The notes under the pieces: generated by a model
Told to the model about the DNA's origin: nothing
The model's input: only the letters and a program-made list of their open reading frames with translations
Database searches by the model: none
Assembly (NCBI GenBank): GCA_963752525.1
Contig: CAVVYS010000025.1
Coordinates: 4,868 to 68,867, forward strand
Source: an uncultured Bacteroidaceae bacterium
Lineage (GTDB): Bacteria > Bacteroidota > Bacteroidia > Bacteroidales > SM23-62
Reading direction: 5' to 3'
Length of the DNA: 64,000 bases
In this document: piece by piece, positions 46,782 through 57,269 of the stretch
Layout: every line of letters starts with the position of its first letter
How positions within the stretch are numbered: the stretch's first letter is position 1
Program-made: the position numbers and the translations under genes

Positions 46782-47148
46782 ACGGCATTGCATTCCGCCA
46801 GTCTGAACCCAGTCTGGCTGGATGGAAAGGCAGTCCCACTATTGCAAAGTCTCGATCAATTCTTTCAGGGTTTTTGAGATGGATACCTCTGCATCGGGTT
46901 CAGGGAAATAAGCTTCAATCCGAAGGATATCCAGCGCATAGGATTTAGCTAGGTCATAAGAGGCTTTTTGTGTTGAAACCAGCAAATTATAATCGGTTGT
47001 CCTGACAGTCTCTTCACAACTATTATTAAAACCAAACTTCCATCAAAGGTAAAGCTTATTTTATTCTCGAATACACTACAAGAAAAGAATATAGCTGGTA
47101 GAAAAGTAAAAACATGTATTTTTGTCGGACGCAAATAAATCAAAACAT

Positions 47149-48810
47149 ATGAAACGCTTATCTCAAATTATGGCAATCCTGGCAGTATGTGCATTGTCTA
47201 TACAGGATGCAAACACATGTACAAATTTTCTGGTCACCCGCAGTGCCTCGGTAAATGGTGCCACAATGATCACTTATGCAGCGGATGCCCATTTCCTCTA
47301 CGGAGAGTTATATTACAAGGCGGCGGCTGACCACGCCGCAGGAAGCCTTATGAAGATATATGAATGGGATACCGGAAAATACCTTGGAAAGATCAAGCAG
47401 GTTCCACATACATATTCAGTGGTAGGTTTGATGAACGAACACCAGCTGGCTATTGGAGAAACGACCTATGGAGGTCGCCCCGAGCTGGTTGACACTACCG
47501 GGATCATTGATTACGGCAGCTTGATGTTCCTGACATTGCAGCGGGCCAAGACTGCCCGTGAGGCCATACAGGTAATGGGTGATCTTTTAGCAGAGTACGG
47601 CTATTACAGTTCAGGTGAATCCTTCTCCATTGCAGACAAAGATGAGGTCTGGATCATGGACCTGATCGGCAAAGGCCCGGGAAATAAAGGAGCTGTGTGG
47701 GTTGCCCGCAGAATCCCTGACGGATATGTATCTGCCCATGCCAACCAGGCAAGGATCACAACCTTCCCCCTTGATGATCCGGAAAACTGTATCTATGCAG
47801 AAGATGTTATTTCTTTTGCCAGGGAACAGGGATATTTCGATGGTAAAGACAAGAATTTCAGTTTTTCAGACATTTATGCTCCGGTTACTTTCAGCGGTGC
47901 CAGATTTTGTGAAGCCAGGGTATGGTCCTTCTTCAGCAAGATCACAGGCGGCATGGACCAATACCTGGATTATGCCAAAGGGGAGAATCTAGAAAACAGG
48001 ATGCCCTTATGGGTAAAACCAGACAGCAAGATTGCAGCCCATGACCTGATGAATTATATGAGGGATCATTATGAGGGTACAGCGCTTGACATGACAGCTG
48101 ACATTGGCGCCGGCCCTTATCGCAATCCCTACCGCTGGCGCCCATTGACCTGGTCCGTAGGCGACGTTACGTATTGCAATGAGAGAGCCATTGCCACCCA
48201 GCAAACAGGATATTCTTTCGTAACCGAGTCAAGAAACTGGCTGCCGGATTGGATAGGCGGCATTTTCTGGTTTGGTGTTGATGATGCAGCCACCACAGTT
48301 TATAATCCTATGTACTGCGGAATTGATCGAGTTCCTGAAAATTACGAGGTAGGTAATGGCGATATGATCACCTATTCTGAAACTTCTGCCTTCTGGGCAT
48401 TTAATTTTGTATCCAATTTCTGCTACATGAGATATGACCTGATGACCCCTGACGTATTTAAGGTACAATCCGAATTGGAAACAAAATATATCAAGAATAC
48501 AGAAGCTGTGGATAAGGCTGCCCTTGAACTTTATAATAAGGATCCAGAACTTGCCAGGGAATTTCTAACGGACTATTCAACCAGTGTTGGAGAAAGGACT
48601 TTTAAGCGCTGGAAGGAACTGGGGCATTACCTGCTTGTCAAATACATGGACGGGAATGTCAAGAAAGAAAAAAATGGAAAGTTCATTTATAACGGCTACG
48701 GTGGGAGCATTCCACCCAACCCGGATCAACCCGGTTACCCTGACTGGTGGTATGAAAAGATCGCGGATGATAAGGGTGAGGATCTCAAAGTCATCGGTGA
48801 GGCACATTAA
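47149..48810 (+). CDS. C69-family dipeptidase
   Basis: The start is placed at MKRLSQ with a signal peptide that ends just before the N-terminal nucleophile Cys (NTCTNFLV). About 553 aa, typical of the family. Confidence 0.8.
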   Translation: MKRLSQIMAILAVCALSIQDANTCTNFLVTRSASVNGATMITYAADAHFLYGELYYKAAADHAAGSLMKIYEWDTGKYLGKIKQVPHTYSVVGLMNEHQLAIGETTYGGRPELVDTTGIIDYGSLMFLTLQRAKTAREAIQVMGDLLAEYGYYSSGESFSIADKDEVWIMDLIGKGPGNKGAVWVARRIPDGYVSAHANQARITTFPLDDPENCIYAEDVISFAREQGYFDGKDKNFSFSDIYAPVTFSGARFCEARVWSFFSKITGGMDQYLDYAKGENLENRMPLWVKPDSKIAAHDLMNYMRDHYEGTALDMTADIGAGPYRNPYRWRPLTWSVGDVTYCNERAIATQQTGYSFVTESRNWLPDWIGGIFWFGVDDAATTVYNPMYCGIDRVPENYEVGNGDMITYSETSAFWAFNFVSNFCYMRYDLMTPDVFKVQSELETKYIKNTEAVDKAALELYNKDPELAREFLTDYSTSVGERTFKRWKELGHYLLVKYMDGNVKKEKNGKFIYNGYGGSIPPNPDQPGYPDWWYEKIADDKGEDLKVIGEAH

Positions 48811-48958
48811 TCCTTCTGAACCACCTCCAAGACCTTGTTAATAAATCGATGAATACATTGATTATTTTTAAGATTGGTTTCTTTTATTCACGAAAAATAT
48901 TCGTATATTCGCGTCCTGAAAATAATTGAGAGTCGTTGAAAATTAATATATTGACAGG

Positions 48959-49330
48959 ATGGATTTACTAAAAGCAGCCGAAAATAATTTCATGAAGGAA
49001 ACAGATTTTCCTTCATTTAATTCAGGTGATACGATTACTGTTCACTATAAGATCAGGGAAGGCAATAAAGAAAGGGTCCAGCAATTTCGTGGTGTTGTTA
49101 TACAGCGCAGAGGGTCAGGGCTGACAGAAACTTTTACCGTGCGTAAATTATCTGGGAATATTGGTGTTGAAAGAATATTTCCGACGTCTTCTCCTTTCAT
49201 TGAAAAAATAGATATCAATAAACGCGGTCATGTTCGTCGTGCCAGGATCTTCTACCTGCGTGGCAGAACGGGCAAAAAAGCCCGGATACAGGAAAAAAGG
49301 ATGACAGCTTCGGCTAAAAATGGAGAATAG
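48959..49330 (+). CDS. rplS: 50S ribosomal protein L19
   Basis: 123 aa with FRGVVIQRRGSGLTETFTVRK...GVERIFP..SP.IEKI..., the unmistakable L19 sequence. Confidence 0.95.
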   Translation: MDLLKAAENNFMKETDFPSFNSGDTITVHYKIREGNKERVQQFRGVVIQRRGSGLTETFTVRKLSGNIGVERIFPTSSPFIEKIDINKRGHVRRARIFYLRGRTGKKARIQEKRMTASAKNGE

Positions 49331-49359
49331 AAAAAACCCGGTTTGCGCCGGGTTTTTTT
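49331..49359 (+). terminator. Rho-independent terminator after rplS
   Basis: AAAAAA-CCCGG-TTTGCG-CCGGG-TTTTTTT lies immediately after the rplS stop. The flanking A- and T-runs could allow function in both directions. Confidence 0.75.
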
Positions 49360-51259
49360 GTGTAAAGACGATGCTGCTGAACGGGCCATTGATTTCTGGG
49401 TTAGCTATGAGCCTGATGATGGTCCTCCTGGCTATTATCCCAATTCAATCCTCCGAGCCGATATGGATGCAAGTGTTGCCTACGTTGATGCCAATGGAGA
49501 GGGTAATCAGCAAGCAACTCTCAGCCGCTACAGCAATATAGAGGTTCCTATCTATCACCTCACCGGGTGGTGGGACATATTTATCGACGGACAGATTGAA
49601 ACCTATAACCAGCTGATGCAGAACCTGAGCGACGAATATGGACATAAATCTTTACAGAAACTGGTCATCGGTCCCTGGGCCCACCAGACTGTTACAATGA
49701 AATCCACCGGAGATATGGTTTATCCGGATAATGTTCAGGATTTTCTATTTGACTTGCTAAAGGTTGAACTAAACCTGGAAAATCTACCTGTGGATGAGTT
49801 ATTCAATTCAGAGCCCATGCAATGGTTCAGGGCACATTTAAACAGTAACCCTTGGAAAAATATTGGTGAACCTAAGATTATCATACCGGAAAGTGAGACC
49901 TGGCAATCGATTACATCAGAGATAGAGATAAGGATACCGGATAGGGATATCATTATACCCTTTACCGATTTCCTTAACTTTTTATCAGGCCATACCAGAC
50001 TGGACAGTATTAGCTTTACACTGTCAGCAAATAATATAATTACAGGCAGCAGTATAAATATACCAAGGCTTGATCCACCCTTAGTATCGATGGATAAATT
50101 GGAATCTCAAACAATGACCGACTTTACGCAGATACCGAATGTCAGGCTCTATGTTGCCGGATCACCTGAAGCTGGAAACTACTGGTTTAAAAGTGACTCC
50201 TTCCCATTCACAACGAATATCCACCGGCAAAAAATATATTTGCATGAAAATCATAAACTTGACAATCAGAAACCGGAATCAACGAGCGGATTATTAAGTT
50301 ATGTTCATGATCCGGAAAAACCTGTTAAAACTGTGGGTGGTGCCAATATGATTACACTTACTCCTATGGGAGACCGTAAAAGTCAGGGGCAGATGAACCT
50401 GGCAGATCCCTTACTGGCACCCTATACGATGACTCGCGAAGATGTTGTTTCTTTTGAAAGCAATGCCCTGACTGACACCATATCCATTATCGGATTTCCG
50501 GTCGCAAATATTTTTGCCAGCAGCAATCCAATGGAAAATCATTCCGATTCTACCAGTACAGACTTTTTTGTTCGGATTCTTGATGTATATCCAGATGGCA
50601 GGGAATATTTTGTGGTGGAGGGTGCCATTAATGCGCGGGCAAGGGAATATGCAAAAAAATTAATCAATGGAGAGGAGGATCCCAACCTAGCATTTACAAA
50701 CATAGTATCTGGTAGGGTTTACGAGTATGGTTTCAAATTAATGCCCATTGCTTACACTTTTGGCAAGGACCACAAGATCAAAGTACTTATCAGCAGCAGC
50801 AACCATCCCCGTTACCAGTCAAATCCTAACCTGCCGGTTGAGACCAATACATTTTTCAGATGGAAGCCAGGTGATGAGCTCCGGCCAAGGAAAGCAATGC
50901 AAAGCATTTATTTTTCGAAGCAATATCCTTCCAACATTGATTTACCTGTCTACAAAGGCCAGATTTCCCTTCATCTCAGTGATGAAAATAATGATACAAA
51001 AGAACTTCCCAATATCAGGATCTTTCCAAATCCAACCAGTGATATGCTCTTCATACAATCAGGAGGTACTGAAAATAAAGTGGATATCTACACATTGATA
51101 GGAAGAAAAGTGCTGACAGAAATCTTTGATTCATTTTATTCAATCAATGTGGAATCCTGGGATCCAGGAACTTACATATTGCAGCTAAGCAATGTAAAAA
51201 CCAATATCTTTATTCCCAAAAGATATTGTCAATGTTTTAACCTGGCAACCTGTTCCTGA
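49343..51259 (+). CDS. CocE/NonD (S15 X-Pro dipeptidyl-peptidase) family hydrolase lacking the N-terminal nucleophile region, with T9SS C-terminal sorting domain; probably a pseudogene
   Basis: The ORF starts at a TTG inside the rplS terminator, and the first in-frame ATG is at 49460. HLTGWWDIF and LVIGPWAHQ correspond to the Asp and His regions of the family. VRILDVYPDGREYFVVEGAINARAREY is the PepX_C jelly-roll. The tail IRIFPNPTSDMLFIQ...VDIYTLIGRKVL...PGTYILQL is a T9SS CTD. No GxSxG serine segment or signal peptide is present. Confidence 0.55.
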   Translation: MRRVFLCKDDAAERAIDFWVSYEPDDGPPGYYPNSILRADMDASVAYVDANGEGNQQATLSRYSNIEVPIYHLTGWWDIFIDGQIETYNQLMQNLSDEYGHKSLQKLVIGPWAHQTVTMKSTGDMVYPDNVQDFLFDLLKVELNLENLPVDELFNSEPMQWFRAHLNSNPWKNIGEPKIIIPESETWQSITSEIEIRIPDRDIIIPFTDFLNFLSGHTRLDSISFTLSANNIITGSSINIPRLDPPLVSMDKLESQTMTDFTQIPNVRLYVAGSPEAGNYWFKSDSFPFTTNIHRQKIYLHENHKLDNQKPESTSGLLSYVHDPEKPVKTVGGANMITLTPMGDRKSQGQMNLADPLLAPYTMTREDVVSFESNALTDTISIIGFPVANIFASSNPMENHSDSTSTDFFVRILDVYPDGREYFVVEGAINARAREYAKKLINGEEDPNLAFTNIVSGRVYEYGFKLMPIAYTFGKDHKIKVLISSSNHPRYQSNPNLPVETNTFFRWKPGDELRPRKAMQSIYFSKQYPSNIDLPVYKGQISLHLSDENNDTKELPNIRIFPNPTSDMLFIQSGGTENKVDIYTLIGRKVLTEIFDSFYSINVESWDPGTYILQLSNVKTNIFIPKRYCQCFNLATCS

Positions 51260-54069
51260 GCCTGTCGCATTATTTCATCGGCCTGTTTGTTGGCTTCATC
51301 CTCCAGTAATTTAGCATTCTTCTCTGCTTCTGACTTGAGTGTCTTGGCATAAGTTTCAGCCGCTATTTTTTGAAGTGCATTACTACCTGCATCCTTGATC
51401 CTTTTCTGTCCCTCTTCCTCAGCCAGCCGTATCAATTCCTCTCCAGCATTTTTAGCTTCCACCTTCAGTGCATCTGCTTTTGCCTGGGCTTCCTGCATGA
51501 TCTTTTCGGCCTCCTTAGTCACATCCGCCCTGATCTCCTCCCTAACCTCCTCTACTTGTTCTTCAATGATCTCCTTCACCTGTTCCCTGACCTCCTCAGT
51601 CATGTTGTCAAGTCCTTCCCCGAAAACCGGTTTGATCTTTGGATCAGTGAAAGTGCCTGTGACCAGGAATTTCACATCAATAGTCTCACCAGGATCAATG
51701 CTTAAGCCCTGGCTTGCAGCCAGTGAGGTAACCTGATTGATGGCATTTTGGGCAGTACTGCCAAGATCAGATCTTGGTATCTTCATATTCATTTCATAGT
51801 TCATGGTCTGGTCTATGCCCTGATCTCCCCCCATTACCAGTTCTGTATTCCCGATCTTCGTTTGGTAGGGTTTTATATACACCCTTCCTTTCCGTACAGA
51901 ATAATCAATGGCCAGGTTCTTCATGGTAATATCATTGAATTTTTCTGTTTTCAGGATATTGTTTATCATGTCAAAGGTTTCTGTTTTTTCTATGCTGATT
52001 TGTTCTGATCCCAACTTTCCACTGGCCACTATGGAATTCATTACCGGCATCAGGTTTTCTCCTATGAATGAGGTAAAATCCAGGTTGGTTGATACTGTAC
52101 CCGTAGCCATTTCTGCAATAGGTGCCAGCTTTTGAATGGTAACCAGGGAATTAAAGGCAGAAGGTATATCGATCCTGTCCACCTTAAGTGACAGATCCAC
52201 CAACGGAAAATTCATATCCTGGGTATTGTATTCACCAGACATGATCACGCTGCCCTTCAGTAACTGCATGCTCAACTTTTGCATGATGAGCTTCTGCTCA
52301 CGAATGATGATCAGTCCCAGCAGGTCGTCTATTTCAAGCTTATTGAATAACACTTTTTTCAGGCTGGATGTTAAAGTAAAATCGATATTACCGGGTATTT
52401 CTATGACGGAGCTTGCAGCTGTATCAGAGGCTGTGGTCAATGTATCACCAGGAGGTTCTTCGGCGGGTTGGCCATCTTCTTTATCGGCCTCATCAGGCAT
52501 AAATTCATTCAGATCCAGCAAGTTACTCTCAAGGTTCAAATTGCCTGCAATTATGCCGTCCTCGAAGAGGTAGGATAGGATGTTTTCAAGTTTTCCATCC
52601 ATTCTGATGTCGCTGCTCCCAATATTGGCAATAAATTCAACAAGGTCAACATACTGTGGTGAGAAATTCATGACCGTACTTTCGATAAAGACAGGTTGGG
52701 AAATGTCAGGTGATTGCATTTCAAATTGCTGTAATTTCAGGCTGCCATCAGCTTTGAATTCATCATATCTCTCATTTTCAATACTTGACATCTTGCCCAT
52801 CAGATCAATATTAGCATCAAGTTTACCTGTCAGGTTTATATCTTCTATGGGGACTACGTCAGCCAGCGTTGAAAAATCGATATTTGCAGACATGGTTGCA
52901 TTAACCTTAGGATCGCTGATGGGTGTGACCATATGCATTGAAAAATCAACAGGATTATCTCCCAGTTCGACATGGAAGCCATTGATATCCACAATGGAAT
53001 TATCATTCTGTATCCCGTCGTAATACACATTCATATCAATATGGATCCGTTCGGCAGATTTTGGAAGGTCAGGGTATTCAAACCTTGCGTTATTTACCAG
53101 TAATTTAATATCAGCCGAAGGAGTATGGTCTTCTGTAAAATGGCCCTGGATGGATCCGGACAAGGCTATATCTCCATCCGTCTGAACATCCTCAAAGTCT
53201 TTCATATAGACTGCTGGTACCATGGAAAGTAAGCTTTTAAAGCTTGTTTCCTTTGTAATAAAGTTGAGATCCACCCCAAGATCTCCCCCTTCAGGCATTG
53301 TCACCTTTCCATCCAGCACCAATACCAGTTCATTAATGGCAAATGTATTTTCCATGAGGGTAAAGACAGAATTTACCATATCTGCATCCAGGTTAATCCC
53401 GATGTCCAGCATGGCATCCTTTACATAACGTATATCTCCCATGATGAAGTTCAACCGTTCAGTACTGGATGTCAGCTCAAGGATGGCAAAATCCTGATCC
53501 AGGTCTCCCGACAGCAGTAAATTTAACCCATCCAGGCTTGCTTGCATACCTGATTTTCTGTCCAGGTAAACAATAGAAGCATCACGTATTTCAAATTTCT
53601 TAAGGGCAATCTTCAGATCCATGGACCCTGATCCAGCAGTGTCGGGCTCCACAACTACCTCACTGTCCTTGCTTTCCTTGGTAATATCCCAGTTGGCTGA
53701 ACCATCCTCCAGTATGATGCCGGAAATCCGCGGATTGTCAATCAGGATGCTCCTGATTTTGATGGCTTCCTTCCTGACCAGGCTAATAACATTGACGGTA
53801 GCGCTGAACTCATCAAAGGCAACCAGGGTATCTCCTTCAAAAATTTCTATTCCGGAAACGGAAACACCGTACAATGAAGCAGTGAGACTGGGAAAATCTT
53901 TAAAGAAGGAAAGCTTAAGATCAGTAAATTCAATCCTTGCATTTACACTGGTATTGGCGATCTCTTTGGCCTTATCAAGTAGTTGTTTCTTGAACAGGAT
54001 GGGTGTAACCAGGAGAACGATAAGAACAAGCAAGATGAATACTAGGAATATTCTGAGGATTTTCTTCAT
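51229..54069 (-). CDS. AsmA-family outer-membrane biogenesis protein with C-terminal Lys/Glu/Ala-rich coiled coil
   Basis: The start is placed at MKKILRIFLVFILLVLIVLLV (N-terminal anchor). It has a long beta-rich body and a C-terminal EEVREEIRADVTKEAEKIMQEAQAKADALK... segment. The 3' end overlaps the convergent ORF 49343-51259 by 31 nt. Confidence 0.7.
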   Translation of the reverse strand: MKKILRIFLVFILLVLIVLLVTPILFKKQLLDKAKEIANTSVNARIEFTDLKLSFFKDFPSLTASLYGVSVSGIEIFEGDTLVAFDEFSATVNVISLVRKEAIKIRSILIDNPRISGIILEDGSANWDITKESKDSEVVVEPDTAGSGSMDLKIALKKFEIRDASIVYLDRKSGMQASLDGLNLLLSGDLDQDFAILELTSSTERLNFIMGDIRYVKDAMLDIGINLDADMVNSVFTLMENTFAINELVLVLDGKVTMPEGGDLGVDLNFITKETSFKSLLSMVPAVYMKDFEDVQTDGDIALSGSIQGHFTEDHTPSADIKLLVNNARFEYPDLPKSAERIHIDMNVYYDGIQNDNSIVDINGFHVELGDNPVDFSMHMVTPISDPKVNATMSANIDFSTLADVVPIEDINLTGKLDANIDLMGKMSSIENERYDEFKADGSLKLQQFEMQSPDISQPVFIESTVMNFSPQYVDLVEFIANIGSSDIRMDGKLENILSYLFEDGIIAGNLNLESNLLDLNEFMPDEADKEDGQPAEEPPGDTLTTASDTAASSVIEIPGNIDFTLTSSLKKVLFNKLEIDDLLGLIIIREQKLIMQKLSMQLLKGSVIMSGEYNTQDMNFPLVDLSLKVDRIDIPSAFNSLVTIQKLAPIAEMATGTVSTNLDFTSFIGENLMPVMNSIVASGKLGSEQISIEKTETFDMINNILKTEKFNDITMKNLAIDYSVRKGRVYIKPYQTKIGNTELVMGGDQGIDQTMNYEMNMKIPRSDLGSTAQNAINQVTSLAASQGLSIDPGETIDVKFLVTGTFTDPKIKPVFGEGLDNMTEEVREQVKEIIEEQVEEVREEIRADVTKEAEKIMQEAQAKADALKVEAKNAGEELIRLAEEEGQKRIKDAGSNALQKIAAETYAKTLKSEAEKNAKLLEDEANKQADEIMRQAQEQVARLKH

Positions 54070-54139
54070 GATTTCATATGGTTTGTGGCCAATAAATGTA
54101 GGAATTATATTTTTAGTCCTGATATAATCATCATAAGAA

Positions 54140-57100
54140 TTATTTGCGGCCAGGGTGTTTGATCCTCCCCTCATAAAAAGGTTCACAATCTTTGTCAAGG
54201 GTTAGATCAAGCAGGTTGGAAACGGGTGCAAGCAAGGTTGAGATGAGTTTAATTCTGCTCTTCTCTGGGTCCTTGGTGCTGCCGTAAAGATCCTGTCCTA
54301 ATGAGGTTACATCCTTTTTTATCAATGACAGCAAATGAAATATCAAGGCTGTCTTGTTGAAAATCGAGCCAGCCCTTTGCGGCGACACGGCTTTCTTCGG
54401 ATGCAAAAGCCACATCCCTGAGAAAGATGCTGCCAGTTTCAAACTCCCAGTCAGAGACGATCTCAGTCACATGAGAAGTATCACCATAGTTCGTGACCAG
54501 CATGGACGCGTAGTTGCCTCCCTTGGTGAGTGCAAATCCCGCAGGACCGGCAAACATGACTGCTCCCAGGTCTACCAGGTTGAAATTCTGGCTACGTTTG
54601 AATTTCTTGATCACCTCATCCAGGTCTATTCCATACAATAATAAGATTTTCACCGTAAAGATTCAATTTACCTTTCAGACTGGAAAGTAATTCCTCCTTA
54701 TCCCTGCCCTCCAAAAATAGATCCATGGATATATTCATTCTTCCCGATAATACCGTATCGGTTTTGAGGGCCGTTAGCAATTCAGTCACATCGAATCCTT
54801 CTACCTTAATGTATAACTTTATAATAAGGCAGTTCTGCGAAAGGTGCAAGAATGTAATCCCCTGCTCCTGCTTTGGCAAAAAACCTCGACTTTTCAGTAC
54901 TGAATGTTAAATACCCCATCACTTATGTCAATAATGTACTCAAGGTCATCTATGTCAATGTAATCGGTCTCAAGCCTTTCCATGCTGAAATGAATGTCAC
55001 GCATCCAGGCTTTCCAGCAAGTTGCTTTCTGGCTTATTATCCCAATAAATCTCGCTGGCAAGCAAATTCAATGAGCTTGTTTCAAAGGTATCCTTGACAT
55101 TGATAAAGTGCAGGTCCGCCTCCCGTAAATCAACCTTTTTTAGCCTGGTTGATTTGTCATGCGGAAAATGGATTTCCAGTAAAAAATCCCCATTCAGTTT
55201 ACCATTCAGAAAATCCGGAATGCTATCCCCATCTTCTCCCCAGAATATTTGCCCCGGATTCAGGTCTCGTGTCTGTACATCCATCGTCATATATGTTCTT
55301 TTCTTCGCAGGTGAATGCAACTCCAGGTCAGCAAGCAAGCTGCTTTCCAGCATTTCAATTTCAAAGTTGTTGAAATCGAGGAAGGTTCTGTGATATTTCT
55401 CAGCCAGGATAAACTCACCACTTATATCAGTTACCCTGGGCAAGAAGTTTTCAATGGTGGCATCCAGGTGTTTAATATCAAAAACCATATGTGGATTAGT
55501 CTCAAAATCAATCATTTTTGATGTGCTGGTTGAAAGAACAACATCCAGGTCCACATCCATGATCCTGTATGGGAAATCCTCCCTAATTGCCGGCACAAAA
55601 GACAGGAATTCAGGCATGTCAAATATCTCGGATTGTATCTGCAGATCAGCCCTGATATCACTTTCTACCTTTGCCGGCAGGTATAGGGCATTATAAACAA
55701 TCCCATTGATAAAGAAATCAGTATTTCCCGTTCTGACATCCAGATCAGTAAACCATGTGGTATCTTTGTCATTATATATATTACCATCAATTTTTTGAAT
55801 GGATAAAACATCCGGGATAGATACAGATACATCGTCACAAAGAATGTTAAGCGTAAAGACATCTGCTACAATATGGTTTGAATCAGGATCAAAACGGGCA
55901 CCCAGGAGGCTGCATTTTGTATCAATTTCTCCTCCCAGTGTATCAAAAAGTTCCATTTTTAAAACTTTTTCTAATCCTGATAATGAGGCTTTCATATCCC
56001 AGATTAGGTCAATTTCCGGGTGGACAAAATTTTCCATGTGAAAGGCAGCGTTGAGATGTCCCTAAGGGCAATTGCGCAAGTACAGTATCAATGTCAAGGA
56101 TGGCCGCAGACAGATTCCCCTTAGATCCTGATCTAAATTTTCCAGACAGGTTCAAATTCCTGATATAATCTTTGGTCTGGGGTACATACAGCGTTAAATC
56201 TTCGAGGCCAAAGGCAAAATCAGCCATGGGGATCTCCTGGCCGGGATTGCCGATGATATTTCCCTTGAAAAATAATTCCACCCTGCTTCAGGTTTTTCAA
56301 TCCCTCTTTGGTTAGCAGTAACTGAAAAATGCTAAAATCCTGGTCTGAACCATCTACCTCAATATTAAATTTATCGTTCTTTTTAAAGTCTATGTCCCCC
56401 GATATATTCATACTGGCCTTATCAATACTGAGTGTGCTTGGTTCGATCTGCAGGATGCCAGTCTCACGATCGAACCTGAAGGCCGTTTCCAGTCCCAGAT
56501 CCTTATTTCTGAACATGACCTTGTCAGAAAGACGGACCATCTGCAACTCCATTTCTGTCATCACCTCACTTCGTATAATCTCTGGAGTAATACTGAAAGA
56601 TGCTGTCAATCTTTTCATTAACAGAGATTCATTGTCACTTTCTACCCGGTCGTCAAACTCAACTTGTATATTATGTAATGATATCTGATCCAGGTCCAGG
56701 TCCAGGACTGGACCAGTAGAATCTGGCATGGATTCCATATTTTTTTGTTCATATAGCACGAAAGCATTCAGCAAATTCAATGAACTGTCAGGATAACGTA
56801 CAAGCATTATATTACCATTTCGCAGGGAAACCTTAGAAACTTTTATCTTTCCCCTGATTAATTCCTGGACATCAAGTGCTGCGTATAATCGTGCAATCTC
56901 AAAAACTGCTTTTTCATTCTGGTTACGTGAACCAATCGGGTTTTCATAATAATCAACATCTTTTAACAAAAGGGATATGTCTGGAAAATGGCGCACCGGA
57001 TCAAAAGTTATTTCCTTAAAACTCAATTCCCCCTGTGCAAAATTGTTAGTATATAAGAGCACCCTTCTACCAATATTATCTCTTTCCATATAAAGATATC

Positions 57101-57221
57101 CTGTGAGTAGCAGGATGATCCCCAACAATCCGAATAATACAATAATCAGGATACGAACTAACCTCCGGAAAAAAGACCTGGGCGGTCGTGCAGATTTTAT
57201 GTTTTGTTTATGGAAACGCAT
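54140..57221 (-). pseudogene. AsmA-family paralogue disrupted by multiple frameshifts and stops
   Basis: Six consecutive minus-strand ORF fragments use all three frames: 56220-57221, 56009-56281, 54997-56037, 54616-54879, 54249-54653 and 54140-54442. The first carries an AsmA-like N-terminal anchor (LVRILIIVLFGLLGIILLL). The fragments overlap or abut as expected for +/-1 shifts. An additional unlisted reading (RDIHFSMERLETDYIDIDDLEYIIDISDGVFNIQY) bridges about 54895-55000. Confidence 0.7.
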
Positions 57222-57269
57222 GGAAGGGTTTAGTTCAAAAATAAGGAAAAATGAACTTGAAGGGGTATA

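Noticed and set aside
46782-47148. A minus-strand open frame of about 59 codons ending near 46846 (…SYDLAKSYALDILRIEAYFPEPDAEVSISKTLKELIETLQ) in the gap between the GH28 and C69 genes, and the overlapping track ORF 46949-47143(-).
   Set aside because: The first has no start codon and no identifiable family, so it is possibly another gene relic. The second is hydrophobic noise starting at a TTG that overlaps the C69 gene's start region. Neither can be supported as a gene.
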